44,315 bases of DNA. It comes from Trichomonas gallinae (taxonomy: Eukaryota). A model generated the notes under the pieces. That model was not told where the DNA came from. It saw only the letters and a program-made list of their open reading frames with translations, and searched no databases. The number at the start of each line of letters is the position of its first letter. Position 1 is the first letter of the stretch. This document shows positions 1-12,417 of this stretch, piece by piece. The stretch lies in NCBI GenBank assembly GCA_008369845.1, contig MRSU01011690.1, positions 1 through 44,315 on the forward strand, written 5' to 3'. The translations under genes were made by a program, and so were the position numbers.

Positions 1-780
1 CTTACCACCATCTAACTAATAATCGTTTTCCCCTCAAATTATTTGGGGGGACTGCAAACTGTGGCAAAACTGGGTATATCAAAATGAATATCTCAGAAAC
101 TGAGTTTTGATAAAGACAAAAAATCTGATATGCTATGAGTCTAACCATTTGGTTATAGGAGCATTGAATGTAATACAAAGTGATAAATTCAAACATGTAA
201 AAAATCGAAAATATTTTCCATATTTAGAATGATATTTTTGAAGTTTGGATATTATTTTTGGATAACACAACTGACAAACATCAAGGTGGTTGATGGATGA
301 GATCTATCGGAGATAAAAAACAACAAGCCCCCTAAAAACAATACAAATTAGGGTGGGTCACTCTGTCAGAAAACTGACAAATTGATTTCATTCAAAAAAA
401 ATAACCAATAAAATTTATATAAATTTCTTAGTCATTATATGAACATCAAAAAAAAATGTCACTTTTAAAATTTCAAAAAATTATCTAAAAATATTGATAT
501 ATTTGTGTTAGTGGTCATTTTGGTATAAACAAAAAATTGTCACTTTTGAAGTATTCAATTTTACAATAGTGGAAATTTATGTAAAATGTGGCATATAATA
601 TTGATAACAATTTTATAATGATATTACGCCTGTAAACTTTGAAATTTTGAAATTTTTACTTTGAATGAATTCACAATCTTTGTTACTTTTATAATTACAT
701 TATCTAAAAATGATGGTTTCTATAAAGTGTAGATTAGAAATTTTTGATGGATAAATTTTCGATAATGTCACGTTTTAATA

Positions 781-1683
781 ATGGATATTGAAGAAGTCAA
801 CTGGTCTGATGAATTGGATGGTGAGAATTTTGAGCTCCCATTAGATAACACACATGTGCATGGCTGCCATTGGAAGTGCAAAGATGGAGAAGCGCAGTAT
901 GTACTATTGTTTTTGCATGGTTTGTGCTCTACTGTTGGATTTAACGCGAATTTATTGCGTGAAATCCCCAATCACTGTGGTTCTGCGCTTGCCACGGACC
1001 ACATTGGATCCGGTCACTCACCTGGATCCAAATCACATACATCAATAGACCAAATATGCAGAGAAACAACAGAATTGATTAAGTATACTACATCTTTGTA
1101 TCCAAATACACCGATTTTCTTGTTCGGGCATTCACTTGGAGGCCTCGCTGCCTGTAAATTTACGCTTATGCATTCGCCTGAGGTTGATAAACTAGCAGGT
1201 CTCATTTTGCATGCTCCATGGTTGGAAACAACTGGTGGATTGAAGCAATCATTCGTTTTGAAAACATTTTTGAGTATTGCTTCATTCGTTTGCCCAAGAT
1301 TGCAGCTGAATACAGGATTGGATGTCACCAAATCTGTATATCACGATAGATATAAAGAGACTGTCCTTAACTCACCTCACATAAATAAAGCGATCACGCC
1401 TGTCCTACTCAAATCCGTGTTTGAAGCGATGAATTATATCAAGTCGAATACGCATAATTTCCCGAAAGGACTTCCTTTATTGTTCATGCAAGGAATGCTC
1501 GATAATCTCGTGAATCCCATCAATAATGTCGCATGGGCTGAATCAGTACAGAATATTAATGGCGATGATATTGTTTCTATTGCAAAATTCGAAGACGGTC
1601 CCCATGATATCACAAAATTCAAAACGAGGAAAGAAGCCCTCGAAAAAATGTTCGGATTCATCAATCATATCATTGCGAAATAA
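781..1683 (+). CDS. Alpha/beta hydrolase, monoglyceride lipase/lysophospholipase-like (Hydrolase_4)
   Basis: 300-aa ORF with LFLHGL oxyanion segment, DHIGSGHS, nucleophile elbow GHSLGG, QGMLDNLV (Asp) and GPHDI (His), giving a complete triad. Confidence 0.9.
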   Translation: MDIEEVNWSDELDGENFELPLDNTHVHGCHWKCKDGEAQYVLLFLHGLCSTVGFNANLLREIPNHCGSALATDHIGSGHSPGSKSHTSIDQICRETTELIKYTTSLYPNTPIFLFGHSLGGLAACKFTLMHSPEVDKLAGLILHAPWLETTGGLKQSFVLKTFLSIASFVCPRLQLNTGLDVTKSVYHDRYKETVLNSPHINKAITPVLLKSVFEAMNYIKSNTHNFPKGLPLLFMQGMLDNLVNPINNVAWAESVQNINGDDIVSIAKFEDGPHDITKFKTRKEALEKMFGFINHIIAK

Positions 1684-3841
1684 TTTTACCCCATTTTTTT
1701 ATTGTATGATTTGATTTTATCAAATTATGTAAATTTCTAACTTCATTTATTTTACAGTATGTTTTTTATTCGTATTTACTTGGATATAATCGAAGGATTT
1801 ACTAAAATGGGACTTTCGTTTTATAAATCGATTCTAAATCATGTTTATTCGATGTAAATGTCGTATATGAGGATAAGATTTGATGGCGACTATTCTCGAC
1901 TAAAGTTAGTTTTTGTATTGATTTGATTCGATCTCATATCATTGGATTCCAGGTATTTGTTCAGCTTGTATTCGAGAAGAAGGGAGAGTAAGATATGAAA
2001 TGTTTGAAGATGATTTGTTGAATGTTATATTTTATTTCTTCAAGAAAATTTTTATAATTTTATTTTGTAGATTTCAGAAATTTTTATTAGCTTTTTAAGA
2101 TGAAAAATAGAGGATTTCTAATATTTAAATGAAATATGTCGTTTTAATTTTCGTTTTTTGTAATTTTCTAATAAGTTGTATTTATATTCACGTGTATATA
2201 TCGAAACAAAGTACTACATTCACGAGAGAAATGTATCTACAAGTAGTAAAGAAAGTATTCATTTAATACGAAATGTCGTTTACCATGAACAATGAAATTA
2301 TCTAAAAAATTAATTCATGCGAATGAAGGAAATAAAAGCACTACAGTTCATTTCTTTGGCTTTATATATCCAAGCAGTGCGTAAAGTTACGTTATTTTGA
2401 GTAAATACAGCGAGAGATTTTTGTATGCACATATATTTGACAAATCAATCCAGGGTTGTATTTTTTACTCTGTTTAAGTGAGAATACCTATTCTAATTTA
2501 GCTTTTACTAAAAAGTAATTTTCTTTCATTCTCTATAATTTGCTTTGCATTCGTGAAACTACTAGATATTTTACTTTATATCTCACATGTAGTAAAATTA
2601 TGAGCTTAAATCTACGTACTATCGTTGATATTCTGCTTAAATCGAGATATCTGTTTGTAGAATATGATATGCGAGAAGTGTGCGCGATGTAATGTGTTGT
2701 AAGCCCATCAATGAATCTATCAACGCCCTATCGCAAATTGGCGATAGAACAAAAAAAGAAAATGTCAATAGTAAACTGTAGATAATGTATTTAAAATTTT
2801 AGAAATTTATTGAACTATTCGAAAAATAGAGGTATATATCCAAGATTTTCAATTTTTAAATAAATCGATCCAAACTATAATTGGATATAAATAGTTTGTA
2901 TTATTTAGATTTTAAATTCTAATTATATTCATCGAGTTATAGATGAAACAATTATTTGTCAATCTAAAAAAATTAATGAACATATGATAAAGTTGGACGA
3001 GTGATTAAGTCTTAAATTCCACTCCTTATGTTCAACTGCCTTTGATCAGAGCCTAATATCAAGCTACTGCATATTTATACCTGATTAATGCAAAGTATAA
3101 AATATGTTCTCGTTTTTCGGGGATATTAATTAGTTTCAATACATTACTATTCAAAATACAAGACTGATCGTAATGAAACTACATTGTTATTCCCTAATGA
3201 TTTTTCCATATTATTTGATCATTTAAACTGATACAAAATAAGCCATCTCATATTCTACATATTGGAAACTGTAGTAATTCTTTCCCATCTATATCTTGAC
3301 AAATCAAATTATATTCTCAAAAAAATTTATTTTACACATTTACAGAAATGAAATACACGTATTAGACGCAACAATTAGCTACTTTAGCTTCTTTTCGGGA
3401 AATATTTTTATTTTTCCAAAGCGATTTTGATTTTGAAATACATTCTCTAAATCAGCTCAAAACTATTCACAATGATTACAATTATCGAAATGTATGCATA
3501 CTAATCTAACTACTACGTGAATTTTATGCAATTTTTTCAAATAAAATTCATTTGATAAAATTTAATTCGCTTTTTTTTAAAAAATGAGACCGTACCAATT
3601 CATTTATATGAATTTTGAATCTAATGAAGGCTAATGAAATATATTTTTAAATGCATTAGATAAATTTGATTAATTTTGATTTGTTGTAATTGTTTTAGTT
3701 CTCTTCTCCACTTAATATCCATTATATTGGATACAGGCTACATGTTGCCAGTTCATCTGTGGTAAAATTATAAATATTTGTTGATGAAAATGATGAAAAA
3801 AATGTTGATGGATTTTTTGAAATTGATATTTTTTTCATTAC

Positions 3842-5599
3842 ATGAAGATCGAGATTGTCTTTGTTTCCCACAGAACGAATGACACAGAACCATGCTTCAT
3901 TATCAATGCAGAGGACTGCTCGTATATCTTCAATGTTCCAGATGGCTCGCAAAGAGTCTTCATGGAGAAAAAATATAAAGTTTCAAAGATAAAGAGTGTT
4001 TTTCTTTCAAGTAATGATGAAAACTCGACTGGAGGTCTCCTTGGAATGATTTTTACAATGCTTTGCGTTGAAAATTTTGTTCCACCAAAGATTTGCGGCC
4101 CAGATTGCATAAAAGATCAATTAATGACTAACATTGCATATAAAAATGCACCAGAACTTCTTCCAGAAATATTAGAATCTTATCAAGATGAGTTTATCGA
4201 AGTGAATAGAATTCAGTTATCGAAAACAGTAGCTTTTGATATCAAAATGTGCGATTATCCAGGCAAATTTATGCCAAACAAAGCCAAACAGCTTGGAATT
4301 CCTGCTGGTCCATTATTCAAAAAATTAGTTGCAGGAGAATCAATAACTCTTGATGATGGACGTGTAATACAGGCATCGGATTGTGTAGGGGAATCAACAC
4401 CAGGTGATAATTTACTTGTTATCGATGCAAGATCGATTGATGACTTAAAATGCATTGAAATTACGAAATATAATACTGTCATTCATCTATCGAGTAATGA
4501 TTTGCTTGTTAATAATGATTATGTTCAGTTTTTCTCGAATATCAAAAATAATTTTGCATTTTGCACGAATAACTCAGTAGTTTACAAGACTGTCTATGAC
4601 AAGTACCAAGAATGCTCACAGTTGTATCCAGAATTTCTCAAGCCTTTATCATCATCAATGAATTCATTTAATCTTCCAAATCTTTACACAGTTGTATCAG
4701 AATCAGACATATACACAATTGCACCTCTAGACAAGAAGAAACTATATCCAGCAAAGAAGACAAGCTGCGATGAAGTAAATGGTGAATATCCACAATTTGA
4801 AACTTTCGGAGTAACTTTTCTTGGCACCGGAGCTCGACAACCACTTAAAATGCGCAATGTAACAGGCATTGTCGTTCACACGAAGTCAGGTGTTATTGCT
4901 GTAGATCCAGGAGAGGATTATGTTGGACAGCTGAGGAGAAAATACGGTCGCGAAGTTGCAGAAAGATTAATGAAAGAAGTCAAAATGATATTCATCACGC
5001 ATATACATGGCGACCATAACTATGGCGTCCATAAACTGTTGTCCGAGAGATCGAAGGTATCAGATGAAGAAATAATATTGCAAGCTGATCAAGATTTGAT
5101 TGATGAAATTAAGTTTTTCGAAAAAGGCAGAAAATTTAATATAAAATATGTAAATAGAGAAGTTAACTCAGTTAATGTTGGAAATAATGTAGTACACAGC
5201 ATCCCAACATCTCATTGCCCAGGTTCTCATGCTATACTAATAGATATAGATGGAAAATACAGATTTTCATTCACAGGAGATAAGAATCAAAAAGATGAGT
5301 TTATTTCCACTGTCGGAAATTGCGATTTTCTCGTCCACGAAGCAACATATGATGATGACAAAGCTGAAAAAGCAGACAGCGTTGGACACAGCACAATAGG
5401 CGAAGCTGTTGCTGCAGGCAAGAAACTCGGCGCAAAAACAGCTTTGACTCACATTTCAGGTAGATACTCGAAAGGATTGAGTTCGCCTGATAGCGAATGC
5501 TTCTTTGTGTTCGATTATCTTTTTGTTCCTTTCGAGAAAATCAACGAAATCAATGCTGTTTGCGATAAGATGAACTCATTACTAAGCTCTGAGGAATAA
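3842..5599 (+). CDS. ELAC2: tRNase Z long form (ELAC2/Trz1-like metallo-beta-lactamase)
   Basis: N-terminal pseudo-domain (YIFNVPDGSQR) and exosite/flexible arm PGKF..KAKQLGIPAGPLFKKLVAGESITL. C-terminal half has FLGTG..P..RN, THIHGDH (HxHxDH), FTGD, HEAT, GHST and LTHISGRY motifs. Confidence 0.93.
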   Translation: MKIEIVFVSHRTNDTEPCFIINAEDCSYIFNVPDGSQRVFMEKKYKVSKIKSVFLSSNDENSTGGLLGMIFTMLCVENFVPPKICGPDCIKDQLMTNIAYKNAPELLPEILESYQDEFIEVNRIQLSKTVAFDIKMCDYPGKFMPNKAKQLGIPAGPLFKKLVAGESITLDDGRVIQASDCVGESTPGDNLLVIDARSIDDLKCIEITKYNTVIHLSSNDLLVNNDYVQFFSNIKNNFAFCTNNSVVYKTVYDKYQECSQLYPEFLKPLSSSMNSFNLPNLYTVVSESDIYTIAPLDKKKLYPAKKTSCDEVNGEYPQFETFGVTFLGTGARQPLKMRNVTGIVVHTKSGVIAVDPGEDYVGQLRRKYGREVAERLMKEVKMIFITHIHGDHNYGVHKLLSERSKVSDEEIILQADQDLIDEIKFFEKGRKFNIKYVNREVNSVNVGNNVVHSIPTSHCPGSHAILIDIDGKYRFSFTGDKNQKDEFISTVGNCDFLVHEATYDDDKAEKADSVGHSTIGEAVAAGKKLGAKTALTHISGRYSKGLSSPDSECFFVFDYLFVPFEKINEINAVCDKMNSLLSSEE

Positions 5600-5879
5600 T
5601 AATTTACAATTTTTTTATCTTTTTTGTTAAATTCTAATTTGTATTTAATATAATACTTTTTATAGCTTATATAATAAAATATCGTATTATTTACTGCATA
5701 TTTCAAAGTTTTGATCATCATTAATTTTATTGCTTAATAATGAACTATTTATCATTCATTATTCAAAAAAGTGCACTAATTGATACATAGTTTTTAATAG
5801 ATGCAAATATATAAAAGAAAAATATTTTTTCGAAATTTTATTTGATAACGATAATGCAAAATTTATATTAAAATTGTAA

Positions 5880-6539
5880 TTAGTTAAACTTAACATCTCC
5901 ATTCTTAGCTATATGACCTATGATGCTGACGTCTTCATCATCATCTTGGAATGGTTCATAATCATTAAAATTATTGTCATTGAGAATCTCACCGAAGATC
6001 TCCATTTTGTTGATTGACATGCAAGGAGGCCAGCCTGGGCATGGTTCATTCTGGATTAATCTGATGTATTTGGTTGTGTAATCTTTGTTGAATTTATAGG
6101 TCTTTTCATTGCATCTGCGCATGGAATCATCCCTTTCTACCTTATGAACTTCAGTCCAAGTTTTATTATCATCGGAAATCTGCATAGACCAGCTGTATAA
6201 GCAGCAATCAATGCAGTATCCGTAATCTTCGCAGCAGCAATCATGGTAGCAACATCCGCAACGAATGAAATAACCATTAATCTTGAATTTCTTATCTTTA
6301 AGTGAAAATGTTATCCATGGATGTTCATCGTATGTTTTCCCGCAGTTTGAGCACCAGTCATATTGTTTATCGTAAGGATAAATCGCATATTCAGGCTTCG
6401 TCATCTGTGTTGAACCATTAATGTGTTGTTTTGATGATCCACTCGCGTCAATAACTACAATTTTATCATCAAAGAGTCTCTTAAATATTCCATTTGTTTC
6501 AACTGAAGCTGATCTTGCAAATAACAGATTTACAAGCAT
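5880..6539 (-). CDS. Cys-rich F5/8 type C (discoidin/galactose-binding-like) domain protein, probably secreted
   Basis: Short hydrophobic N-terminus and discoidin pattern WCS..PWITFSL..YFIR..SWSMQISDDNKTW..KYIRLIQ..MEIFG, with a CGCC..CCC..CIDCC insert typical of a Trichomonas family. Confidence 0.8.
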   Translation of the reverse strand: MLVNLLFARSASVETNGIFKRLFDDKIVVIDASGSSKQHINGSTQMTKPEYAIYPYDKQYDWCSNCGKTYDEHPWITFSLKDKKFKINGYFIRCGCCYHDCCCEDYGYCIDCCLYSWSMQISDDNKTWTEVHKVERDDSMRRCNEKTYKFNKDYTTKYIRLIQNEPCPGWPPCMSINKMEIFGEILNDNNFNDYEPFQDDDEDVSIIGHIAKNGDVKFN

Positions 6540-6547
6540 AAAATGAC

Positions 6548-6597
6548 TTTACACGACAAATTTAATTTTACATGACAATTAACAATTTACATGTCAA
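6548..6597 (-). promoter_or_regulatory. Three copies of TTGNCRTGTAAA at exact 19-bp spacing, just upstream of an Inr (TCATT)
   Basis: + strand TTTACACGACAA 6548-6559, TTTACATGACAA 6567-6578, TTTACATGTCAA 6586-6597. Inr-like TCATT on the minus strand at 6542-6546. Confidence 0.65.
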
Positions 6598-7553
6598 AAT
6601 AACGATCCCCATCATTCTATGGATTGGATAATTGTTTTGTACACCGCAAATAATAACAAGATGATCCATAGGACGTGTTTTATCATGAAAAACAACTAGA
6701 TAATCACTGTAAAATTCTGATGATTTCCAAAGACCGACCTAAAATGTTTAATATTCATTATGGAAGATGCAATTCTATAGAGAACAATTTTACCAGTCTA
6801 TATTTTGTTTTTAAGGGATGTTTATTAATGATAAAAGATATTTCAAATTTTCATTAACCCGTTAAATATCAAGAAAACGAATCACAGTTTCACAAATATT
6901 CATTCGATATGCAATTGAAATTATTGACAAACCCCACGGCCGATTAAAATGGAAAAATGAATTCTGTTGAAATTCTGGTATGAACGGGAATCGGAGTAAA
7001 TCAACTTTTCGCAATCTTTGCAGTAATATCATTCATGGTTTCAAAAGATAGCTATCAATTATTTTCTATCTCTCAAGAATTTACTCGTGATCATGCAAAA
7101 ATGAGATTTATGCTTATTTAAGAGTACTAGCATGTGTAGGCATGCGTTTGATAATCCGGTTTGATACAAAACTTGCAAAAAAAATTCATCTGAAAAAATG
7201 AAGCACGTTGGAAGTTTACTTTTGAGGAAATCTATTATACCATAATTGTACGGACATCAATTGCTTACCATATTTTTAATAACACACCTTTTTCAAATTT
7301 AAATCAGACAACACAATTTTGGGTTAAAATATTTGCACATACACACTCCATAAATTATGTTTTTATCATTTTTTTTATGGCTATATTTGAATTTGCAAGA
7401 ATTTTGAAGCGACTTTTCAATTTTTTTCAGAGCAAAAAAACGATTTTGCAAAATTGACAAATTTCAAGATTGTAAAAATATAACAACAAAACATCCCTTG
7501 CATTGAGACAATTTTTCAGAGAAAGAGGATACGATTATTTAATTTTTTTTTTT

Positions 7554-8090
7554 ATGAAGCATACTTATGTTCCAAAGTGTAGATTTACAGCAAAGGAGGA
7601 TGTACAGCTAAACTCCCTAATAGAGAAATACGGAGTTGGAGCGTGGGATGAAATATCAGCTGAGATGCAGACAAGAACTCCACGTCAGTGCCGCGAAAGG
7701 TGGACAAATTATCTTTGTCCTAAACTTTCTAACGCTCCATGGACTGATGCTGAAGACGAAATCTTAGATGATTTATATCAAGAATTTGGAAGTAAATGGA
7801 CAACAATAGCTGAATATTTCCCCAACAGATCTCCTAACTGTGTAAGAAACAGAATTAAATTGAAGCTTAGAAAAGAAGAAAAAGAAAACGAAAAACAGAA
7901 AATTCATCCACAAATTCCTGAACAAAAAGAGAAAAAAGTCGAAATTCCAGTAACTGAGACGTCTAAACCAAATACAGAACCGCAACAAACTCAAACACAA
8001 AGTAATTTAATGATATCAGATCAATATCCCGAGAAGGATTTACTCCAGCTACTAGACGATATTCCCGAGCTTACATCTATGTTTAATTAA
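7554..8090 (+). CDS. R2R3 Myb-like DNA-binding protein
   Basis: FTAKEDVQL..KYG..WDEIS..RTPRQCRERWTNYLCP and WTDAEDEIL..FGSKWTTIA..RSPNCVRNR. First ATG is at 7554; the ORF track starts at a TTG at 7503. Confidence 0.93.
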   Translation: MKHTYVPKCRFTAKEDVQLNSLIEKYGVGAWDEISAEMQTRTPRQCRERWTNYLCPKLSNAPWTDAEDEILDDLYQEFGSKWTTIAEYFPNRSPNCVRNRIKLKLRKEEKENEKQKIHPQIPEQKEKKVEIPVTETSKPNTEPQQTQTQSNLMISDQYPEKDLLQLLDDIPELTSMFN

Positions 8091-11000
8091 ATCATATTAT
8101 GTTTTTACCTTACAAAAATTGTTAATTTTTAGTCAGTTATTTTTCATTTACTTTTTGGATAGTGATTCATCAACTAAACAATGCATAAAGTAATCAGGAG
8201 TTACTTGGCTAGGTTTTTTTAAAAGCGAAATTACATTCATAGGCCTGACGAAATATTTTTACAGGTTAATCGAAATTAAGCTGTTTAACATGCAGAAGAT
8301 GCTAATATAACGCGTGCATGGACAGTAGCAGAAAAATTAAAAATAACTAATCAAAAACAGAAAAATAAAAACAAAAAATGCGATTTTAATAACAGTAATA
8401 TAGCAAAAATATGCTGTTATTCTATTTTGCCTTAATTTTAGTAAAATTAAAAATAAAAAATTAGTAATAAAAAATTTACAACCAAGCAAAAATGATTGCT
8501 TTGTAGATTATTAGATAATTATTGATAAAATGGCCGAAAAAGAGTGAGATTCTTATTTTTCACTAATATTAATGCTTGTTTTAGCTTTAAATCCGATCGT
8601 ACATACTAGATAATTTAGCAATAATTAATCACAATCTTTGCACCTCAAAAGCTATAATTTTTTTAAAAAAATAAAAGGGAAAATCTTTAAAAGCTTAGCG
8701 GTTCTTAGTGAAAAACATGATTAATTGGGTAAAATCGATGCTGATGGATTTGCCAATTTGTTATTTCTTTTTGCTTTTTCATTAATTGTATTCAAATATT
8801 TGAGAGCAGAAAAATCTACAGAATATTTTGTGAATAACGTTGGTTCATCTGAAATCTTAATTATATAAAATACGATAAATCTTTACAACAAATATATTTC
8901 ATATAATTTTATATAATTGGTTCGAACGTTAAATCACAATTTGTGAAAAATATTTAAAAGTTTAAATTGAATAATTTTGAGAACTATTCAAATGATTATT
9001 TGAGAATTCTTTTATTTATCGTAACACGATATCGTCCATAATCTTTAGTTTAATTTCTCTGACTATTTATTTTTGAGACAGAATTGAATCGAATTTGATT
9101 GTATTATTTTTGGATGTTTTTACAGTTATCAATTATGTATTCATACAAATAAGTAATTAGACCGTAAGTCATTCAAAACCATAACCTTTGAATAATTATC
9201 CAAACCTCTTTCAAATTATTCATTGTGCGAATACAAATATCAATAATAAATTGGTTATTTTTTATGACACATTATAACGTAATCTTATCCTTTTTGCTAT
9301 TGCATTAAGAGTGAATTTAAGCAAATTATCCCTCTCAAGATGAGAATAGTCTATAAACACTATCCTTTTTTAAGCGACCAATTTTTTTTTATTCGTCAAA
9401 ATTTCCTTAGCGAATATTTTATTCATATATTATTGATTCTGCTCAGCATCCTATATATAATGAGAATGCCGGCTTAAATTTATTAATGATGGTTATTTTT
9501 ACAGTCATTCAAAATTCCACAGCATAAAAATAATCAAATAAATTTGAAGGAAATATAAGTATTTATTTATTACTCATGATTTATGCATTATGTCCATATC
9601 TGACAGCAAAAAATGCATAATGACGTTTGAAAACATAAATATTTTCGTATCAACAACTGTTAATTTTTATTTTTTTTCCCCAAGCATGAAAAAATCAGAT
9701 TATATGGTGCCAGGATTTACTTGGCTGCCCGTTGAATTTTGAGTGTAATTTTTTAATCATCCTGCTAGCAAACATGGCAAAAAAGTTTGTGCTACCCTTA
9801 CCATTAAGCTGATTTTGCATCATGGTTATTCAATTGGGATGAAACAAGGAAAATCGATTTGCATTTACTCTTTTACGTTCTGGGTTTATGTCATTCATTC
9901 TTGAAACGGGAAAACCTGCTGCGATGACAGCAACGAGATCATTTATACAAGAGTTTCAGGTGGAAGACGGGCAAAATAAGATCTGAAATCTCCTCTATCA
10001 TCCCTCGCCAATTTGACCAAAGAAACACAATGGTAGCACGTATCTGGTGATGTTTCTATCATTAGTTATCTGAATCAGTTTATATAAATTATTTTTTTAT
10101 CCTTATTATTTCTTTCAAAACTGATATAAATATATATTGGTTAATTCTGCTTATTTCATTGTTCCTAGCCTCATGAACTGCAGTTTTCGTTGGGTTTCAT
10201 GGAGAACAATTGTATTTTGATAATCCCGCTTTTGAGGTTCATTATCAAAATTATAATAAACATTTTTACTATGATGCGTTTTATGACAAAAAGGACATAT
10301 ATCATGGATTTGAAGCTATACACACATTTATTATCAAGAGTTAAGACTATACTCAAGAGTTCGCAACTTTATAACGAATTTTGCACAATTTTCAATATAA
10401 TTATATTTTTTAATCGACAAACATATGTAAAACCGCTCCATAATGCAGTTTAACATCAATGAATGAGGTATATAGTGATGATCATTCAAGTACACCATGT
10501 CATTTCTTGATTTTTTGGATCCATATTTTATTTTTTCGAGTTTTGACAATAAATCAAACATAGATAGAACATATATGCTATTAGGTCTATGATATAACGG
10601 ATTACCATATGTTTATATACTTTATTACAAATCAATATATTCATTTTGATCAATAATCATCAAAATTGGCTTGAGATCAATTGCTTGATATATAATTAGA
10701 TCAATGATCATAATTCAACCTCTTAATAACCATTTATTGCATAACAATTTAATTTCAAAATATTAAATATTGAAATGTGTTGATGAAATTCAAAACATAT
10801 ATTCACTTCGGCCGGATTTATCTATTTTCAATAGCTTAAATGCTGTTGAGCATCAAAGAAAAAAACTATGCCATATTTTTTGCAGGAGTCTTCTAATGCT
10901 GAGTATATGAAGAACTACAATATTTATCGCAAAAACTGCCATCGTTCTTATTGCAGAAGGTATATACAGCATAATGTTTTATTCACTAGATAATATTGCA

Positions 11001-11349
11001 AATTAATCGCTTTGTCACACATTAATATGACAAATAGCCTATAGTTTTGCATGTTTTATGCTTAAATGCATATATATCTAATTCAATTTATCTTTTGATC
11101 GAAATTACAATATAAAACAAATCCTAATTCAATTTATGATTATGATTCATTCATTCTACCTTTCAAACAGTGTAAACATGGGATAAAAAAGCGTAATTCG
11201 CCGTTCAATAATAAATATAAACAAGTGTCGTAATTAATGAAAGAGACTAATTTATAAGTAGTAGATGTGACGAAAACCAATCAAAATTGTAAAATTCCAA
11301 TATATTGAGAATTATCAATTTTGAAAATCTTACAAATGCATGGTTGTAA

Positions 11350-11922
11350 TTAACAGCATGAGCCTTGACCTTTGTCCTTCTTTGGAGTATGAACGATTTC
11401 GTGCTGTGCTTGTGATTTTTCCATAGATGTGTAAGCAATCTCAGCAACAGCCCTGAATAGTTCATTAATATTGAAACCCGACAAAGCAGAAGTCTCCATG
11501 TAAAGCGATGCGTTAATCTCTTGTCCGTATGCTTTAGCTTTTTCAACGTCAATTTTTCTGTTTTCAAGATCTGTCTTGTTGCCGACAAGAATCATCTTCA
11601 CACCAGGCCCAGCTCTCTCTTTCAGCATCTGGACGAATTCAGGGAGAGATTCGAAAGATGCAGCGCTCGTTACATCGAAGACAACGATTGCAATTGATGC
11701 TCCGCTGAAGTACATCTGGGTAAGTGAACGGTATCTTTCCTGTCCAGCTGTATCCCAGACGTTCAATGAAATCATTTCTCCATTAACTTCAACTTCCAAG
11801 CAACAATTCGCAGCTCCGACAGTAACTTTCGCTTTCTCTGGGAATTCTCCAGAGCTCGCTCTCTGAACAATGCATGTTTTTCCAACGTCAGACTCTCCAA
11901 CAATAACTACCTTCACTCTCAT
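11350..11922 (-). CDS. Rab-family small GTPase
   Basis: GESDVGKT, TVGA, WDTAGQERYRSL, GNKTD, ETSAL and C-terminal CC prenylation signal. Confidence 0.95.
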   Translation of the reverse strand: MRVKVVIVGESDVGKTCIVQRASSGEFPEKAKVTVGAANCCLEVEVNGEMISLNVWDTAGQERYRSLTQMYFSGASIAIVVFDVTSAASFESLPEFVQMLKERAGPGVKMILVGNKTDLENRKIDVEKAKAYGQEINASLYMETSALSGFNINELFRAVAEIAYTSMEKSQAQHEIVHTPKKDKGQGSCC

Positions 11923-12417
11923 ATTGGATATTTGACGGATAATACTTTACATGGCAAAATTTATTTTATTTACACAAAATATTGCCAATGTTTATTATCT
12001 AGCTTCTGCAACAGTACAAACACTATTCAGCGTCATATATACCATTAGCAACAGTCTCATAATAAATATACTATTTTTTAAATTTATGATTTGGATAACA
12101 AAGCTTTTTTAATGGATTATAACTATTTTTGTTAGTCTAAAATATATTATTTCTATTAGATAAATTCATATCAATGTACATAAACATAAAAATACTGTTT
12201 TAAAATCATGATTCCAAAATTATTTGCATTATAAGTTATAGGTGCTTAATATCAAAAAGATATTTCCTTTTCAATTATATATTCAATCAATGACATTCTA
12301 ATAGCATTAAATATATAATTTTTCAAAAATATCGAAATTGAAGTCCGATCATAATACATATATCATATACATAACAAATATTTAATATATTAATAACAAA
12401 AATATAAAATAATATAA

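Noticed and set aside
1..380. G/C-run-rich segment with small inverted repeats, a possible transposon end or gene remnant
   Set aside because: No recognisable TIR partner, target-site duplication or transposase motif within the window.
10171..10561. Short AT-rich ORFs here and at 20609-21384, 22264-22506, 31116-31826 and 33708-34266
   Set aside because: Low-complexity I/F/K/N/Y-rich translations, often with non-ATG starts and no motifs, as expected by chance in AT-rich DNA.
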